DNA from: an uncultured Clostridia bacterium
GTDB taxonomy: Bacteria > Bacillota > Clostridia > Christensenellales > UBA1242
Assembly: GCA_944381215.1 (NCBI GenBank)
Contig: CALWKF010000002.1
Span: 55,174-119,173 of the forward strand
DNA length: 64,000 nt
Direction of reading: 5' to 3'
A program made the position numbers and the translations under genes. Below, piece after piece: positions 37,101-46,833 of this stretch. Every line of letters starts with the position of its first letter. Position 1 is the first letter of the stretch. The notes under the pieces are model-generated. The model had not been told where the DNA came from and did no database searches. It was given only the letters and a program-made list of their open reading frames with translations.

Positions 37101-37432
37101 ATAACACACAAAAGCAAGATGACCGCCAAAACTACAAGACCTGCCACCAAGTACCACGGCTTAGTTTGTAAAAAATTCCCTTTTGCTATTACAGAAGTTT
37201 TATTAGGCTGACTATTAGTATCATAAACACCGTTTGCTAAATTAAAGAAATCAGTCATAGTTATACCAAAAACTTGAGTTAACTTTTCAATTGTATCGAG
37301 GCTTGGTTCTGCTAAGTCGTTTTCCCATTTTGAAACTGCTTGATATGATACGTTCAGCATTTTGCCAAGTTGCTCTTGCGTTAGCCCTTTATTTTTTCTC
37401 AGTTTAGCAATTACTTGTCCATACTTTTTCAT
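34115..37432 (-). CDS. Membrane-tethered XRE HTH protein with an extracytoplasmic trypsin-like protease domain, Listeria-Bacteroides repeats and a GLUG-motif domain
   Basis: N-terminal HTH_3 (LRKNKGLTQEQLGKMLNVSYQAVSKWEND) followed by a TM helix (WYLVAGLVVLAVILLLCVILI). The S1C-like region reads GTGFFINNSGLAVS... and NRGGVLFNEKGEAIGII. Five GYxFxGW-type repeats follow. The C-terminus carries G(L/F)xG(Y/F)G repeats. Confidence 0.75.
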   Translation of the reverse strand: MKKYGQVIAKLRKNKGLTQEQLGKMLNVSYQAVSKWENDLAEPSLDTIEKLTQVFGITMTDFFNLANGVYDTNSQPNKTSVIAKGNFLQTKPWYLVAGLVVLAVILLLCVILIPATYSSKQIFNTYNNSVFYISAQGPSISQTGTGFFINNSGLAVSLYSNIQNCTSGTIELSDGTKYNIEKIIGIDKENNLAIFQTGVQRTKPIKMANSNHVEMGEKVYAITYTDEDDYTSVVTEGMVFKVESDSNGVTSFQTTASIDNANRGGVLFNEKGEAIGIISGYLSVSGVGFDMVNICKPINRINDVEHDYDISMQEFFDNSLKVSVYDEDTSLLGVIEVYKGDLLENFNQTGYIFDGYYLDANFINKFDSSEPIMTSMSLFAKLTPISYTVSFNANGGFGSMSDQVFTYDTGANLNECAFRKVGYMFKYWRYDDNHYYDGERVYNLTSEQGAQVVLTAEWEILKYRVVFDGNGATNTKMPDMTITYNQTALLISNTYVREGYQFIGWAYNNKVYSDGQQVCNLTETESIVTLYAIWEVIDYDVQYVLDGGTNDTNNITTYNILSTSFVLKEPSKQGFDFVGWYQDALFTEAITEISPTMCKDLILYAKFSAIKYKINYNMNGGSTSLKDTDKYYTIVEEHIISVKPGRAYYDFIGWFDNAELEGEPVTRIPLGSMGEVQLYAKYTPINYTITYDLNGGTLAVENVTTYNIETPTFALNSPEKPGCTFIGWRDGRDYLITQIYRGSVGDKTLVAEYDILEADGVVVLTSPEAFIELVNERDYWSRDIVVENDIDMEGYPISQSIGIDNHSVGYDFTGNFDGKNHTISNLSTAPRLTAYSSGIFGRTSGSTIKNITFTNVNLTFIKSADVGSLIGYSANTTVDNCHVQGVLNIKNYEMFSHYMAGLVGYGGTISNSSVDLTINLSTYAISYTERPSVDLAGFAGFGAGVTNCHAKTILNVDLSSDSYVPTLSESFISGFAGYGCAVKNCYSESEINIDVEVDITQIAVVAFSYYSNVENSFAICSTNVEFFRDLNDPNITYYTFGKFNDSQKITNCYYSDQNTVTGLRYQGTNGTEADLQTIREFCLANWDEEIWDMSTDRNPILRSAQ

Positions 37433-37651
37433 AGTACTTCTCCTTTTTTATACTAACATTATAACATATAAAATTGAATTTGTGATACATTTATTCTCAA
37501 CTACTGGTTGAATTACATTATTTTTTGTTGAAATTTGCTTATTTAAACTAAAATCACGAATTTTTTTACAAAATTAATCTCAAATCGATACTTTTTTAAA
37601 CTAAACTATTTTAATTTTAAGTTAATAAATTTAACCCCTTCAATTTAAAAA

Positions 37652-37692
37652 GAAAAAAAGCATAATTAAAGCAATCACTCAATTTATGCTCT
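37652..37692 (-). terminator. Rho-independent terminator
   Basis: Minus strand AGCATAAatt...aatTTATGCT followed by TTTTTTT. Confidence 0.5.
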
Positions 37693-37727
37693 TTTATTGT
37701 GCCAATTTAAATTTCAAGAGTAAATAT

Positions 37728-39233
37728 TTACAATAGGTCGTCGACGTCGAGGTCGTCGAGTGGGGACTTGGTCTTGAATACCTTTTTAGATTTTGGTTCG
37801 GGCTCGGTGTCCTCGCCTTTTTCTTTCTTTAAGGATTTGGTTAGTTCGCGCTTGTTAACCTTTTGCTTTTTCTCGGTCTTGGTAGACAAGGCCACGTCGA
37901 CTTTTTCCTCTTCCCTATCGGCCTTGCTCTCTTTCTTCAATGACTGCAAGCGTCGGAAATCGTCCTCAATCTTTTCAACTGGGACATTGTAAGCGGTGTC
38001 CTGTGTCATGTCGAGCATTTCGGAGACGTCAAAGAGGTTGTCATCAATTATGCCCGCCTCGACCATTTCCTCATGCTCGCGCCGTGCTTCGCGGACTTTT
38101 AGTCTTTCTTGCGCAAAAATCATGATGACTGACACAACAGGTGCGGACAGAATCATGCCTACGACGCCAAACAGCGCGCCACCTATGATTAAACCTGTAA
38201 CAATCACGAGTGCGCGGGTATTCATGCGCTTACTCATAATAAAGGCAGGAACAAATGTCGTAACGATTGCCCAGTCGAGAATTGCAAATATAATCGACAT
38301 CAGCATTAAATTTGTGTCGCCGAACATCAGGGTAACGATTGCAAGAGGGATACATGCGATAAAGCCACCGAGGTATGGAATAATCGTGAAAATTCCCAGC
38401 AGTAGAGCCATAACGATTGCCATTGGCACGCCCATGATTTGGAAACCTATCCAAGCAATCACGAAAACGATAAACATTACAATCAAGTTTGAAATGATGT
38501 ACTGGTTTAGCATATCGTTTGTGCGGTGAGTAACCGTGATGATTTCCTCTGCACTCTTGCGGTTATTGTAAGCGTAGGTCATACGGCGACAGGTCTTGGA
38601 GATTAGCTCTTTGTCCTTTAACATCAAGAAGGACACGAGCAGACCCATAATAAAGGAGAATACAAGCGAGACTGTGTCCATTAGGTATGTGGTGATATTG
38701 TCTACAAAGTCTGAAATGGCCCCTTGGATGCCGTCGCCGATGTTATTTATCGCGCTGGTAATTGCCTCGTCGAGTTGCTCGGCGGGTAGCCCCGTAAGTC
38801 CCCCGATTAGACTAGTTAGGGAGTCTTTGACTTTATCCACCATGGTAGTTAGGTTGTCCCCTTGCAGTTGCTCGAACACGCCAATTAAACTTGGCACTGC
38901 AAACACGATTAACAAGACAAAGACAAGAATTATAATTAGATACAGAATTGTTAGCGAGATTGCGCGCTTGTATTTACTGGCACGCGGGTTGCCTACAAAG
39001 GCATTTTTTAATAATCTATCCTCAATAAAGTGCATCGGGCGCAAGAGGATGAAAGATAAAACTAGCGCAATGAGAATGGGTGTAATACCTGCGAGCAGGC
39101 TCATAAACAGGTTTCGAATAACATCGCCCGCCATGCTCCAAAGAAGCAATGCACAAAGAATGGCTATAAAGAGCCAGACATACCACTTGTGCCCGCCGTG
39201 GCGACTATTGTTTGTCGGATAGTCCTGTTCCAT
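37728..39233 (-). CDS. AI-2E family (PerM/UPF0118) transporter with a Lys/Glu-rich C-terminal tail
   Basis: Multi-TM protein with the family-typical IPYLGGFIACIPLAIV segment. A C-terminal extension of about 120 aa is highly charged. Confidence 0.65.
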   Translation of the reverse strand: MEQDYPTNNSRHGGHKWYVWLFIAILCALLLWSMAGDVIRNLFMSLLAGITPILIALVLSFILLRPMHFIEDRLLKNAFVGNPRASKYKRAISLTILYLIIILVFVLLIVFAVPSLIGVFEQLQGDNLTTMVDKVKDSLTSLIGGLTGLPAEQLDEAITSAINNIGDGIQGAISDFVDNITTYLMDTVSLVFSFIMGLLVSFLMLKDKELISKTCRRMTYAYNNRKSAEEIITVTHRTNDMLNQYIISNLIVMFIVFVIAWIGFQIMGVPMAIVMALLLGIFTIIPYLGGFIACIPLAIVTLMFGDTNLMLMSIIFAILDWAIVTTFVPAFIMSKRMNTRALVIVTGLIIGGALFGVVGMILSAPVVSVIMIFAQERLKVREARREHEEMVEAGIIDDNLFDVSEMLDMTQDTAYNVPVEKIEDDFRRLQSLKKESKADREEEKVDVALSTKTEKKQKVNKRELTKSLKKEKGEDTEPEPKSKKVFKTKSPLDDLDVDDLL

Positions 39234-40767
39234 CGGGTTCCCCTCCTTGTTTTTGTTCTACATTATTTTCCTGAATTTTTTCTAGCACTTTTTCTTCTGT
39301 GGGCTCGATTTTCTGGCCGTTGTTTTCGAGCATTTTTATGAGGTTGCTTTCCTTGGCTCGCTGTTCCTCGTCCTTAAATCGCTGGAGCATTGGCTCAATC
39401 TTTTTATTACCGATTGCAAAGTCGTAAAGAAGCAGCAGGCCACCTTGAATTAAGTATGCGTAGTATGTGAGAATTCTATAAAACAGCACTGCCCATACTA
39501 GCACTCCTGGAGCTGCGGCCGCGTAGAACGGAGCAAAGACTGACTGGAAGGAAAGTTCCGCGGTACCTGCGCCACCTGGAATTGGAATAAAACTGATTGC
39601 GAGGTCGCACACGAGTTGGAGTACAAAGAAAGTGTACCACAAATTTATGTCGAATGGACAGAAGATGCAGTATACAATAAAGGCTAGTGAGTAAAGTAGC
39701 AAGTTATAGAGTATACTCAAAGCAAACTGGATAACGCACATCCACCCGCTAGTCATAAACATGCGGAAGGTAGAGACATACTCCTTGACAACGCGCATGA
39801 CCTTTTTGAATAGTGCGCGCGAGTCCTTTATAATATGCATCCATTTCAGCATTTTGAGTAGGCCGAACATCATTCTGGGTGCAACCTTCTTACTGATAGA
39901 TAGGAAGAATATTGCGAGCACGAGTAGCAGGTTTAACCCTAGACCTATATAACATAGTGTAAGCACAAAGGGCGAAATATTTAACTCAAACAAAATTCCA
40001 CTGCTAGACAATAGAATTATTACGGACATTAACACGTAAGTAACTTGAGCATAGATGTATTTTGCGAGCGGTACGCTAGTAGCACTGCTGGCATTCAGTC
40101 CGCGCTTGTTTAAATAAAAGACTTGAAAAGGCTGTCCACCAGTTGCTAATGGTGTTATGCAGTCATAAAAACGGCAACACAAGACCGACTTATAACTCAG
40201 CCATGGTCGGCTCCGCCCTGTAACCTTTTTAATCGCGATATAGACGCGCGCTGCATCCGTAAAATTTATCAAGAAGAACACGGCAATGGCGATGATTAGC
40301 CACCACCAATTTAATTTGCTGGAAAGCAGTTCGGTTAAAGATACAGGGTCTTCAGTCGAGAACTGCCACGCAAATATTACTGCTAAAATTGCTAGGTTAA
40401 GTAGCAAAAAAACGACATTAAGTATACGTTTTTTCTTACTTTGTTGATTTTTTACGGTTTCGTAGGTCGACTTAATTGCCTCTTTTGTCTCGACCTCTTT
40501 TTCCGCCTCGGCGACTAGGTGTGGAATGGCATTTTCGGCTGTGATTGTCGCAGGAGTATCATTACTCTCGACAGATTCTGCGGGCGTAGTATTTTCTAAC
40601 TCGGCTGTCTCGGTATTTGCAGGAATGTCCGTATTATCTTGTTGAGGGGGTTTTTGGAAAATGGAAAAAGTAAGGCCGTGTGTGTGCGCACGAGAAAAAA
40701 CCTGTTTTTTAAACAAAACAGGTTCGTTTATTCCCCTTATCTTGTCGGTTAAATTTCCACTTTCCAT
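39205..40767 (-). CDS. Lysylphosphatidylglycerol synthase TM-region family (UPF0104, flippase-like) membrane protein
   Basis: Polytopic membrane protein with ITPLATGGQPFQVFYL, which resembles the LPG_synthase_TM signature. The N-terminal 130 aa are low complexity. Confidence 0.55.
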   Translation of the reverse strand: MESGNLTDKIRGINEPVLFKKQVFSRAHTHGLTFSIFQKPPQQDNTDIPANTETAELENTTPAESVESNDTPATITAENAIPHLVAEAEKEVETKEAIKSTYETVKNQQSKKKRILNVVFLLLNLAILAVIFAWQFSTEDPVSLTELLSSKLNWWWLIIAIAVFFLINFTDAARVYIAIKKVTGRSRPWLSYKSVLCCRFYDCITPLATGGQPFQVFYLNKRGLNASSATSVPLAKYIYAQVTYVLMSVIILLSSSGILFELNISPFVLTLCYIGLGLNLLLVLAIFFLSISKKVAPRMMFGLLKMLKWMHIIKDSRALFKKVMRVVKEYVSTFRMFMTSGWMCVIQFALSILYNLLLYSLAFIVYCIFCPFDINLWYTFFVLQLVCDLAISFIPIPGGAGTAELSFQSVFAPFYAAAAPGVLVWAVLFYRILTYYAYLIQGGLLLLYDFAIGNKKIEPMLQRFKDEEQRAKESNLIKMLENNGQKIEPTEEKVLEKIQENNVEQKQGGEPDGTGLSDKQ

Positions 40768-40857
40768 TTAAAATCCCTGTGCTTCGACTTTTGTTTATGT
40801 GTATATCTTACCATTTAATAAGTACTTTGTCAAAGAAATAAATAAAAAATTGGGACT

Positions 40858-42204
40858 TTATACCCAATTTTGCATATCATACTTAATTAAACCACAGTGT
40901 TTAGTCTCATCGGTTACACGCAACTGCTCGCTAATGTCGACGCCTGCGACAGCAAAGACCTCGCTACCCAAGGCGAGCACGGGCAAATAATTGCGGACAC
41001 GGGCGGGCACTTTTTTGTCGTTTAGGTAACTTTTCAATTTACGACTACCTCCACCAAATTTCACGATGTAGTCCCCGTCCTTGCGAACGCGCCACACTGC
41101 ACCTTTTGGGACCTTGTCCATGTCGATTAGTAGATAACCAGCCTTTAATTCGGGGTCTTTTATACGGCGCACGGTGAGTTTCCCATAGTCGCCGAACTTA
41201 ATGGTGCCGATTTTGAATGGCCACTCGGTGCTTGCCTCGAATTTAGGTTTATTACGAACTAGTGTAAGATACTCATATTCTTTAAATACGGAAACGCCTT
41301 CCGGAAGGTCGAGCCTAGCACCATTCTCACCAATTCTAACTACTTCGCGGATGAGGTTAAAGTGCTTGCGCTCGATATTTTGGGTAACGCCGAGTTTTAT
41401 AAAGCAATCATCGAGCAAGCGATATAAGTACGAATTCCCGTACACGAAGTAAGTCAGCGGAATTTTGATAATATTATCGTTATACAAAACCGCATCGAAG
41501 CTAATCATGGAGCGAATGACGGCGTCATCCTCCTTACAGGTCTTGCCAAAATTACATAGATTGCGGTCCAGACTTGGCCAAACCTTACGCAATTCTGGCA
41601 TAACGACATTGCGGAGCAGATTACGGCTGATTGTGTTATCCTGATTGGTTTCGTCCTCTAAGTATGGAATTTCGTGCTCGTATACATATTGCATTACCTC
41701 GTCCTTTGGGGTGTCGAGGAATGGGCGGACATAGAAGTTGTCGCGCACAAAGTCCATTCCACCTGCTCCGCCGAGTCCACTACCGCGTAAAATATGAAGA
41801 AGAATAGTTTCTGCCTGGTCGCGTTGGTGATGCGCAAGAGCGATGTAGTCGACAATACCGCGCTTTTTGAGGCTTTCGAACACGCCAAAACGAGCCTCTC
41901 TGCACGCCTCCTCATTGGTCATACCCTTCTGCTTTGCTAGCACCCCTGCTTCAACACGGAATTTGTAGAAACGGATGTGATGCTCCCTACAATAGTCCTC
42001 GACAAAGATTGCCTCTGCCTCATCGGCCTCACGCGTACCATGGATGACGTTGATTGCCACGACGTCGATGTCGAGCTTGTCGCGGTTATAACTCAAAAAA
42101 TGTAGTAGTCCCATGCTGTCGGAACCTCCGCTGACACCCACGCCCACGACACTGCCTGGGGTGAAAAACTTTTCTTTTAAGATAAAATCGAGTAATTTTT
42201 CCAT
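40858..42204 (-). CDS. tilS: tRNA(Ile)-lysidine synthase
   Basis: PP-loop SGGSDSMGLL, LAHHQRDQAET and a TilS C-terminal domain. It follows spoIIE as in Bacillus. Confidence 0.88.
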   Translation of the reverse strand: MEKLLDFILKEKFFTPGSVVGVGVSGGSDSMGLLHFLSYNRDKLDIDVVAINVIHGTREADEAEAIFVEDYCREHHIRFYKFRVEAGVLAKQKGMTNEEACREARFGVFESLKKRGIVDYIALAHHQRDQAETILLHILRGSGLGGAGGMDFVRDNFYVRPFLDTPKDEVMQYVYEHEIPYLEDETNQDNTISRNLLRNVVMPELRKVWPSLDRNLCNFGKTCKEDDAVIRSMISFDAVLYNDNIIKIPLTYFVYGNSYLYRLLDDCFIKLGVTQNIERKHFNLIREVVRIGENGARLDLPEGVSVFKEYEYLTLVRNKPKFEASTEWPFKIGTIKFGDYGKLTVRRIKDPELKAGYLLIDMDKVPKGAVWRVRKDGDYIVKFGGGSRKLKSYLNDKKVPARVRNYLPVLALGSEVFAVAGVDISEQLRVTDETKHCGLIKYDMQNWV

Positions 42205-42303
42205 TTTGAGTATCTCCTTTTAACTTATTATACAATAAATTAGGAGTTTATTCAATACAAATTAGAAAAAAAGTCTAAACTTGCGCGCATTTTGGGCAAA
42301 ATT

Positions 42304-44577
42304 TCATACTTTTATGTAAATTCTGCCTATTAAAACGGTCATATCGTCGGCTGGGACATCGTGATAATTTTTTACGGCGGTGTCGAGAATTGCGTTTGCC
42401 AAAGTTTGCGGGTTTGTGGTGTCGGTCTCTTTTATCAAGGTTTCGAGCTCTATTAGGTCGGTAAAGCTGTCGGTAATACCGTCGGTAAGCAGTATTACCA
42501 TGTCGCCGTCTTTTAGTGGTATCGAGCGAATTGTAGGGCGAATATCCTCGAGTATTCCAAGAGGCAGTGCGCCTGCATCGAGCCGGGTTACAGTGTCGCC
42601 TGATTTTATATAAGTTGCGGGTGAGCCGAGCTTTATTACATCGCAAAGTCCGTTATTAAGGTCGACAACTGCGGTGTCTAGTGCGCTAAAACTCTCGGCA
42701 CCACTAAGAGATAACAGTTTATTGACACAAGAGAGAATTAGATTGTTGTCAAAGCCTGCCTTGTAGAAATTTTCAATTAGCCCTAGGGCAAGGCTACTAG
42801 TTTTTTCGGCCTCTTCCCCGCTTCCCATTCCGTCGCTGAGGGCGAGCAAAATTTTGTTGCCGTCGAGTTTGAGTACAGAATGAGTGTCGCCACTTGCCTT
42901 ACTTTCGGCCTTTTTTGCGCCCGCGCTCCCGAAAACGATGTCGTAGCGGTTGGCGTTCTCAATAGTAATTACTAAAAATCCTGCCTTTTCGCCATCGGTT
43001 ATGGTTGAAATTGCCATTGGAGTGCCGAAGACCTTGGATAAAACTTTTATAATTTTAGCCTTGTCCATTCCGTTTTTACGCACGACGAGAGTGATACTAT
43101 ACAAATTTTCGCGGCGGGAGTAGACAATTGCCTCGCTACACACGACGCCTTCGTATAAAAGGCCTTCAATTATACTCGACTCTAAGGAGGTGTCGAAAGA
43201 AACGTTAACTGCGACCTCGTTTGCTAAGGTCTGCATAATTTGGGACACGCCCCACATCTGCTCACCCAGTAATAGCCTACCACTGTCGAGGCTGTTTTTT
43301 GTTTGTAGACCTGTTTTATATTCGTCGACTGCGCTGTTTACTGCACTAATTAGGACATTTAGTTTACAGCAGTGAGCACATAAATTTGCGGGGACATCAA
43401 GGAGTGATACTTTCCCGCGGTCGTAGGCAAATCGCACCATTTCGTGCATCGCGCGGTCGGTATCATCCGCTTGAATTCGCAGGCACTCGTTTTTATTTTG
43501 GCAAGAGAGGCACATTTGACGCTTGATATTTTGCACCAAATAGTCGCTCGCCTCGTCAAAGTCTAGGTTCTTACCCACCATGCCATTAAAGACATTCTTC
43601 ATCTCATAGAATGCATCACTGAGTTCGAGCAGGCGGTTATACAGGACTCGGCGGTTGCGATTTACTAAGGCACGCACGGCGACTCCGTCATTTTCGCTGA
43701 TGACAAAGGAGTCAATTTTGGTTAACATTCGTGTAGGAATTAGCAAGTAAATTAATGCGCCCAGCATTGTGGCGAGCAAGTGGTACAGCGAGTAACTGGG
43801 CATAAAATATAGACCCACGATTACATCGACTAAAATTACAGCAATGCTAGTATAGACTCGCTTTGTGCACATTGTAGCGTTTGCACCAAGGGATAGCAGT
43901 GTAGCGTGTGCGACTAGGAGTACTTCGCTACTAGCAAAAGCACTGCCTAGGGAAAATGCGATTGCGAAAACTATTGAGGCGGTCGTTTTGAAAACTTGGG
44001 CAATCAGTAATGTAGAAAGAGTTAGTACTCCAAAGTAGATGTACTCGCCGAATGGTACGCAAGTAATTCCCACACCGAGCGCAAAGATTAGCACGCACAG
44101 ACACATTATCTCGTCGATTAAAAATTTTCTGCGGACACCGCGCAAGATTATACTCTCTAAAATATGCATATAGCAGTACATTGCGGTTAGACCAATTAGT
44201 AGCGTAATTATTCCGCCCCAAATATCAAGATTTATAAAGGAATAGTAGAGCATTAAAAATTGCGAGAGAAAAGCATAGAGGCCGATTAAAATTTTACTAA
44301 ACGGCCGTTTAAACCGATAGTGAAAAAAGTACATTACGAGCATTACACCGACACAAACAAGGTCAATTAACAACTTCGTTACATCAAAAAAGGCTAAAAA
44401 GCCACCTAGCAGGTACACGGGGGCAAGCAGGTAGGGCTTTTGGTTGCACCACATCAGTGCAAACAGCATTCCAAAGGCGAAAGGATGTAGCCCTTGAATA
44501 CTGGCAACATTTAGTATATAGAAAACAAGCAAATATAATAGGTATTTTAATAAACCGTACAACAAAACTTTATTCAT
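42304..44577 (-). CDS. spoIIE: Stage II sporulation protein E (PP2C phosphatase with a polytopic N-terminal domain)
   Basis: About 10 N-terminal TM helices, a central regulatory region and a C-terminal PP2C domain (LALSDGMGSGEEA, ILLTDGITD). Synteny with tilS supports the call. Confidence 0.82.
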   Translation of the reverse strand: MNKVLLYGLLKYLLYLLVFYILNVASIQGLHPFAFGMLFALMWCNQKPYLLAPVYLLGGFLAFFDVTKLLIDLVCVGVMLVMYFFHYRFKRPFSKILIGLYAFLSQFLMLYYSFINLDIWGGIITLLIGLTAMYCYMHILESIILRGVRRKFLIDEIMCLCVLIFALGVGITCVPFGEYIYFGVLTLSTLLIAQVFKTTASIVFAIAFSLGSAFASSEVLLVAHATLLSLGANATMCTKRVYTSIAVILVDVIVGLYFMPSYSLYHLLATMLGALIYLLIPTRMLTKIDSFVISENDGVAVRALVNRNRRVLYNRLLELSDAFYEMKNVFNGMVGKNLDFDEASDYLVQNIKRQMCLSCQNKNECLRIQADDTDRAMHEMVRFAYDRGKVSLLDVPANLCAHCCKLNVLISAVNSAVDEYKTGLQTKNSLDSGRLLLGEQMWGVSQIMQTLANEVAVNVSFDTSLESSIIEGLLYEGVVCSEAIVYSRRENLYSITLVVRKNGMDKAKIIKVLSKVFGTPMAISTITDGEKAGFLVITIENANRYDIVFGSAGAKKAESKASGDTHSVLKLDGNKILLALSDGMGSGEEAEKTSSLALGLIENFYKAGFDNNLILSCVNKLLSLSGAESFSALDTAVVDLNNGLCDVIKLGSPATYIKSGDTVTRLDAGALPLGILEDIRPTIRSIPLKDGDMVILLTDGITDSFTDLIELETLIKETDTTNPQTLANAILDTAVKNYHDVPADDMTVLIGRIYIKV

Positions 44578-44726
44578 AACTTACTCCTAGTTAATTATAA
44601 AACTTCTAGAAAAAGTATGCATAAATAAATCGTCGCGATTAAGTCAATATTACGACTATTTTTGGTAAATTTTAAATCTTTTTGTTTAAACTTTGCAAAA
44701 TTTAATTTTTGTGCTATAATATAGGT

Positions 44727-45512
44727 ATGAATAAAGTTATTGCAATTACTGGGGCATCGAGTGGCATAGGCCTTGCGATTGCCAAAATGTTAATAAGTAG
44801 GGGTGAAATTGTGTACTGCCTCGCGCGGACAGAACCCGAAGATAAACGCATTCTCTTTAAGTACTGTGATGTGTCAAAGAGGAACACAATTAGTACGGCC
44901 GTTAGCCAGATTATCGAGGAGCAAGGCAGACTCGACTGCATTATAAACAACGCAGGCATGGGAATAAGCGGACCAGTTGAGTTTGAGCCAGCAGAGGACA
45001 TTGAAAAAATTATCGATGTAAACCTTTTAGGCGTGGTCAACTGCTCGGCGGTCGCTCTGCCCTATTTGCGCAAATCTAATGGACTAATTTTAAACATTAG
45101 TTCCATAGCTAGCGAGTATGCGATTCCCTTTCAGGCACTCTATACTGCGACAAAAGCGGGTGTAAAGGAATTTAGTGTTGCCTTAAAAAATGAGATGCGC
45201 CCTTTGGGGGTGCGAGTTTCGTGCCTACTACCTGGGGATGTCAAGACTGATTTCACAAAAAATCGAGTCAAGACGCAAGTGGACAGCGTTTACCGTGAGC
45301 GAGTCGAGCGCAGTATTGCCAAAATGGAGCATGACGAGGAAAACGGTATGACGCCCGAGGCAATTGCCAAAGCGGTCGTGAAAGTGATAAACAAAAAGAA
45401 TCCGCCAGCGACATTTACGGTCGGGTTTAGTTACAAATTACTGCGCGTACTCAAGCGATTCTTGCCCCAAAAATTCATCAACTATATTTTATATCAAATG
45501 TACGGGAAGTAG
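44727..45512 (+). CDS. SDR family oxidoreductase
   Basis: TGASSGIG cofactor motif, NNAG and the catalytic YTATK. The start MNKVIAITG is at 44727. Confidence 0.88.
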   Translation: MNKVIAITGASSGIGLAIAKMLISRGEIVYCLARTEPEDKRILFKYCDVSKRNTISTAVSQIIEEQGRLDCIINNAGMGISGPVEFEPAEDIEKIIDVNLLGVVNCSAVALPYLRKSNGLILNISSIASEYAIPFQALYTATKAGVKEFSVALKNEMRPLGVRVSCLLPGDVKTDFTKNRVKTQVDSVYRERVERSIAKMEHDEENGMTPEAIAKAVVKVINKKNPPATFTVGFSYKLLRVLKRFLPQKFINYILYQMYGK

Positions 45513-45520
45513 AAAACAAA

Positions 45521-46315
45521 ATGCGTATTTGTGTATTAGCAAGTGGCAGTAAAGGAAACTGCACATTTATTGAAGGAGAAAGCACTAGAATCTTAATCGA
45601 TGCGGGGCTAAGCAAGTCCGATATTGAAAACAGGCTCCTGCAAATCGGAGTAGAGCCGAGTAGCATTGACAGCATTCTAATCACTCACGAACATAGCGAC
45701 CACATAAAAGGGCTCGGCAATTTCGCTAGAAAATATAACTGTCGGGTCTTTGCCCACCCTGACACCTGGGCGAACATGCAAGAAAAAGTGGGCGCGCTCG
45801 ACCTCACCCACCGCATAGGCATATATGGAAATGACTTTTACATAAACGAGTTAGCGGTATCTAGCTTCGACCTTTCGCACGACTCGGCGCACTGCCTGGG
45901 GTTTAGCATTTATGACGGAAACAAAAAAATCAGCACAGCGACGGACCTTGGTTACATTAATGATGATATAATTAAACATTTGGCGGATAGTAGCCTAGTG
46001 ATACTCGAGGCAAACCACGACATCGAGCGTTTACGCCTCAACCCGCGCTACCCTATTTACCTTAAAAATCGAATTTTGTCAAAGCGCGGGCACCTAAATA
46101 ACAAGGACACTGCTGAGGCAGTCTTGAAAATGCTGGGCTACGGCATCCGCGGGCTGATTGCGGCGCACCTTAGTGAGGAAAACAACACCCCGACCCTTGT
46201 CATGCAGGCATTAAACGAGGTGGTCGCACGGAATGGTGGTGAACTCGCAAAAGAAATTTATGTTGACATTGCAAAGCAAGACAGCGTTGGAAATATCTAC
46301 CGAATTAAATCGTAA
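45521..46315 (+). CDS. MBL-fold metallo-hydrolase (YycJ-like)
   Basis: HEHSDH motif and LASGSKGNC...IDAG at the N-terminus. Confidence 0.85.
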   Translation: MRICVLASGSKGNCTFIEGESTRILIDAGLSKSDIENRLLQIGVEPSSIDSILITHEHSDHIKGLGNFARKYNCRVFAHPDTWANMQEKVGALDLTHRIGIYGNDFYINELAVSSFDLSHDSAHCLGFSIYDGNKKISTATDLGYINDDIIKHLADSSLVILEANHDIERLRLNPRYPIYLKNRILSKRGHLNNKDTAEAVLKMLGYGIRGLIAAHLSEENNTPTLVMQALNEVVARNGGELAKEIYVDIAKQDSVGNIYRIKS

Positions 46316-46320
46316 AAATT

Positions 46321-46346
46321 AAGGCCAAAGTGAAGGCCTTTTTTTG
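46321..46346 (+). terminator. Rho-independent terminator
   Basis: AAGGCC-aaagtgaa-GGCCTT followed by TTTTTT. Confidence 0.6.
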
Positions 46347-46431
46347 TTTGTTGTCGAAAATTTTGTAAAAAGATGTATAAATACTTTTTTACTACGCAAA
46401 GTATAGATAGAAAAGTATAGGAGAGTGAATC

Positions 46432-46833
46432 ATGACTACAAAAAACAAAGATACAAAGTCCACCAAAAAGTCGCGGACAAGTACGAAAGCCGATAACGAC
46501 AAAAAGGAAAAGAAGCCACTACTTAGCACGAAGCGCAAGGTAGGAATTGCGGTATACTTTACTTTTCTAGCGACCTTGGCACTGACATTTGGTGCGCAAA
46601 TATGGATGATGGATGTATTTAACCCACCAGCGACCCAAGACCCGAGCAATGCCAATCAAACTACCGAAGCACCAATGACCAGCGACACTCCCGCTACCCA
46701 AGAGCAGAGCGAGGTTGTAACTTATCAAGAGGAAGCTCCCACCCCTGTGCAAGAAAACTTGGATGAAAATTTTCAAGATTATCAATTTGAGACTCCAGAC
46801 AACCAAATCTACCCTAACATTGTACTTCAATAA
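46432..46833 (+). CDS. Hypothetical membrane-anchored low-complexity protein
   Basis: AGGAGAG RBS. A Lys-rich N-terminus and one TM helix are followed by a Pro/Thr/Gln/Glu-rich tail. Confidence 0.55.
   Translation: MTTKNKDTKSTKKSRTSTKADNDKKEKKPLLSTKRKVGIAVYFTFLATLALTFGAQIWMMDVFNPPATQDPSNANQTTEAPMTSDTPATQEQSEVVTYQEEAPTPVQENLDENFQDYQFETPDNQIYPNIVLQ

Noticed and set aside
42275-42646. 123-aa Arg-rich ORF overlapping the 3' end of spoIIE in another frame.
   Set aside because: It is an out-of-frame overlap with a well-supported PP2C domain. Its extreme Arg/Asn/Tyr composition is typical of an off-frame artefact.
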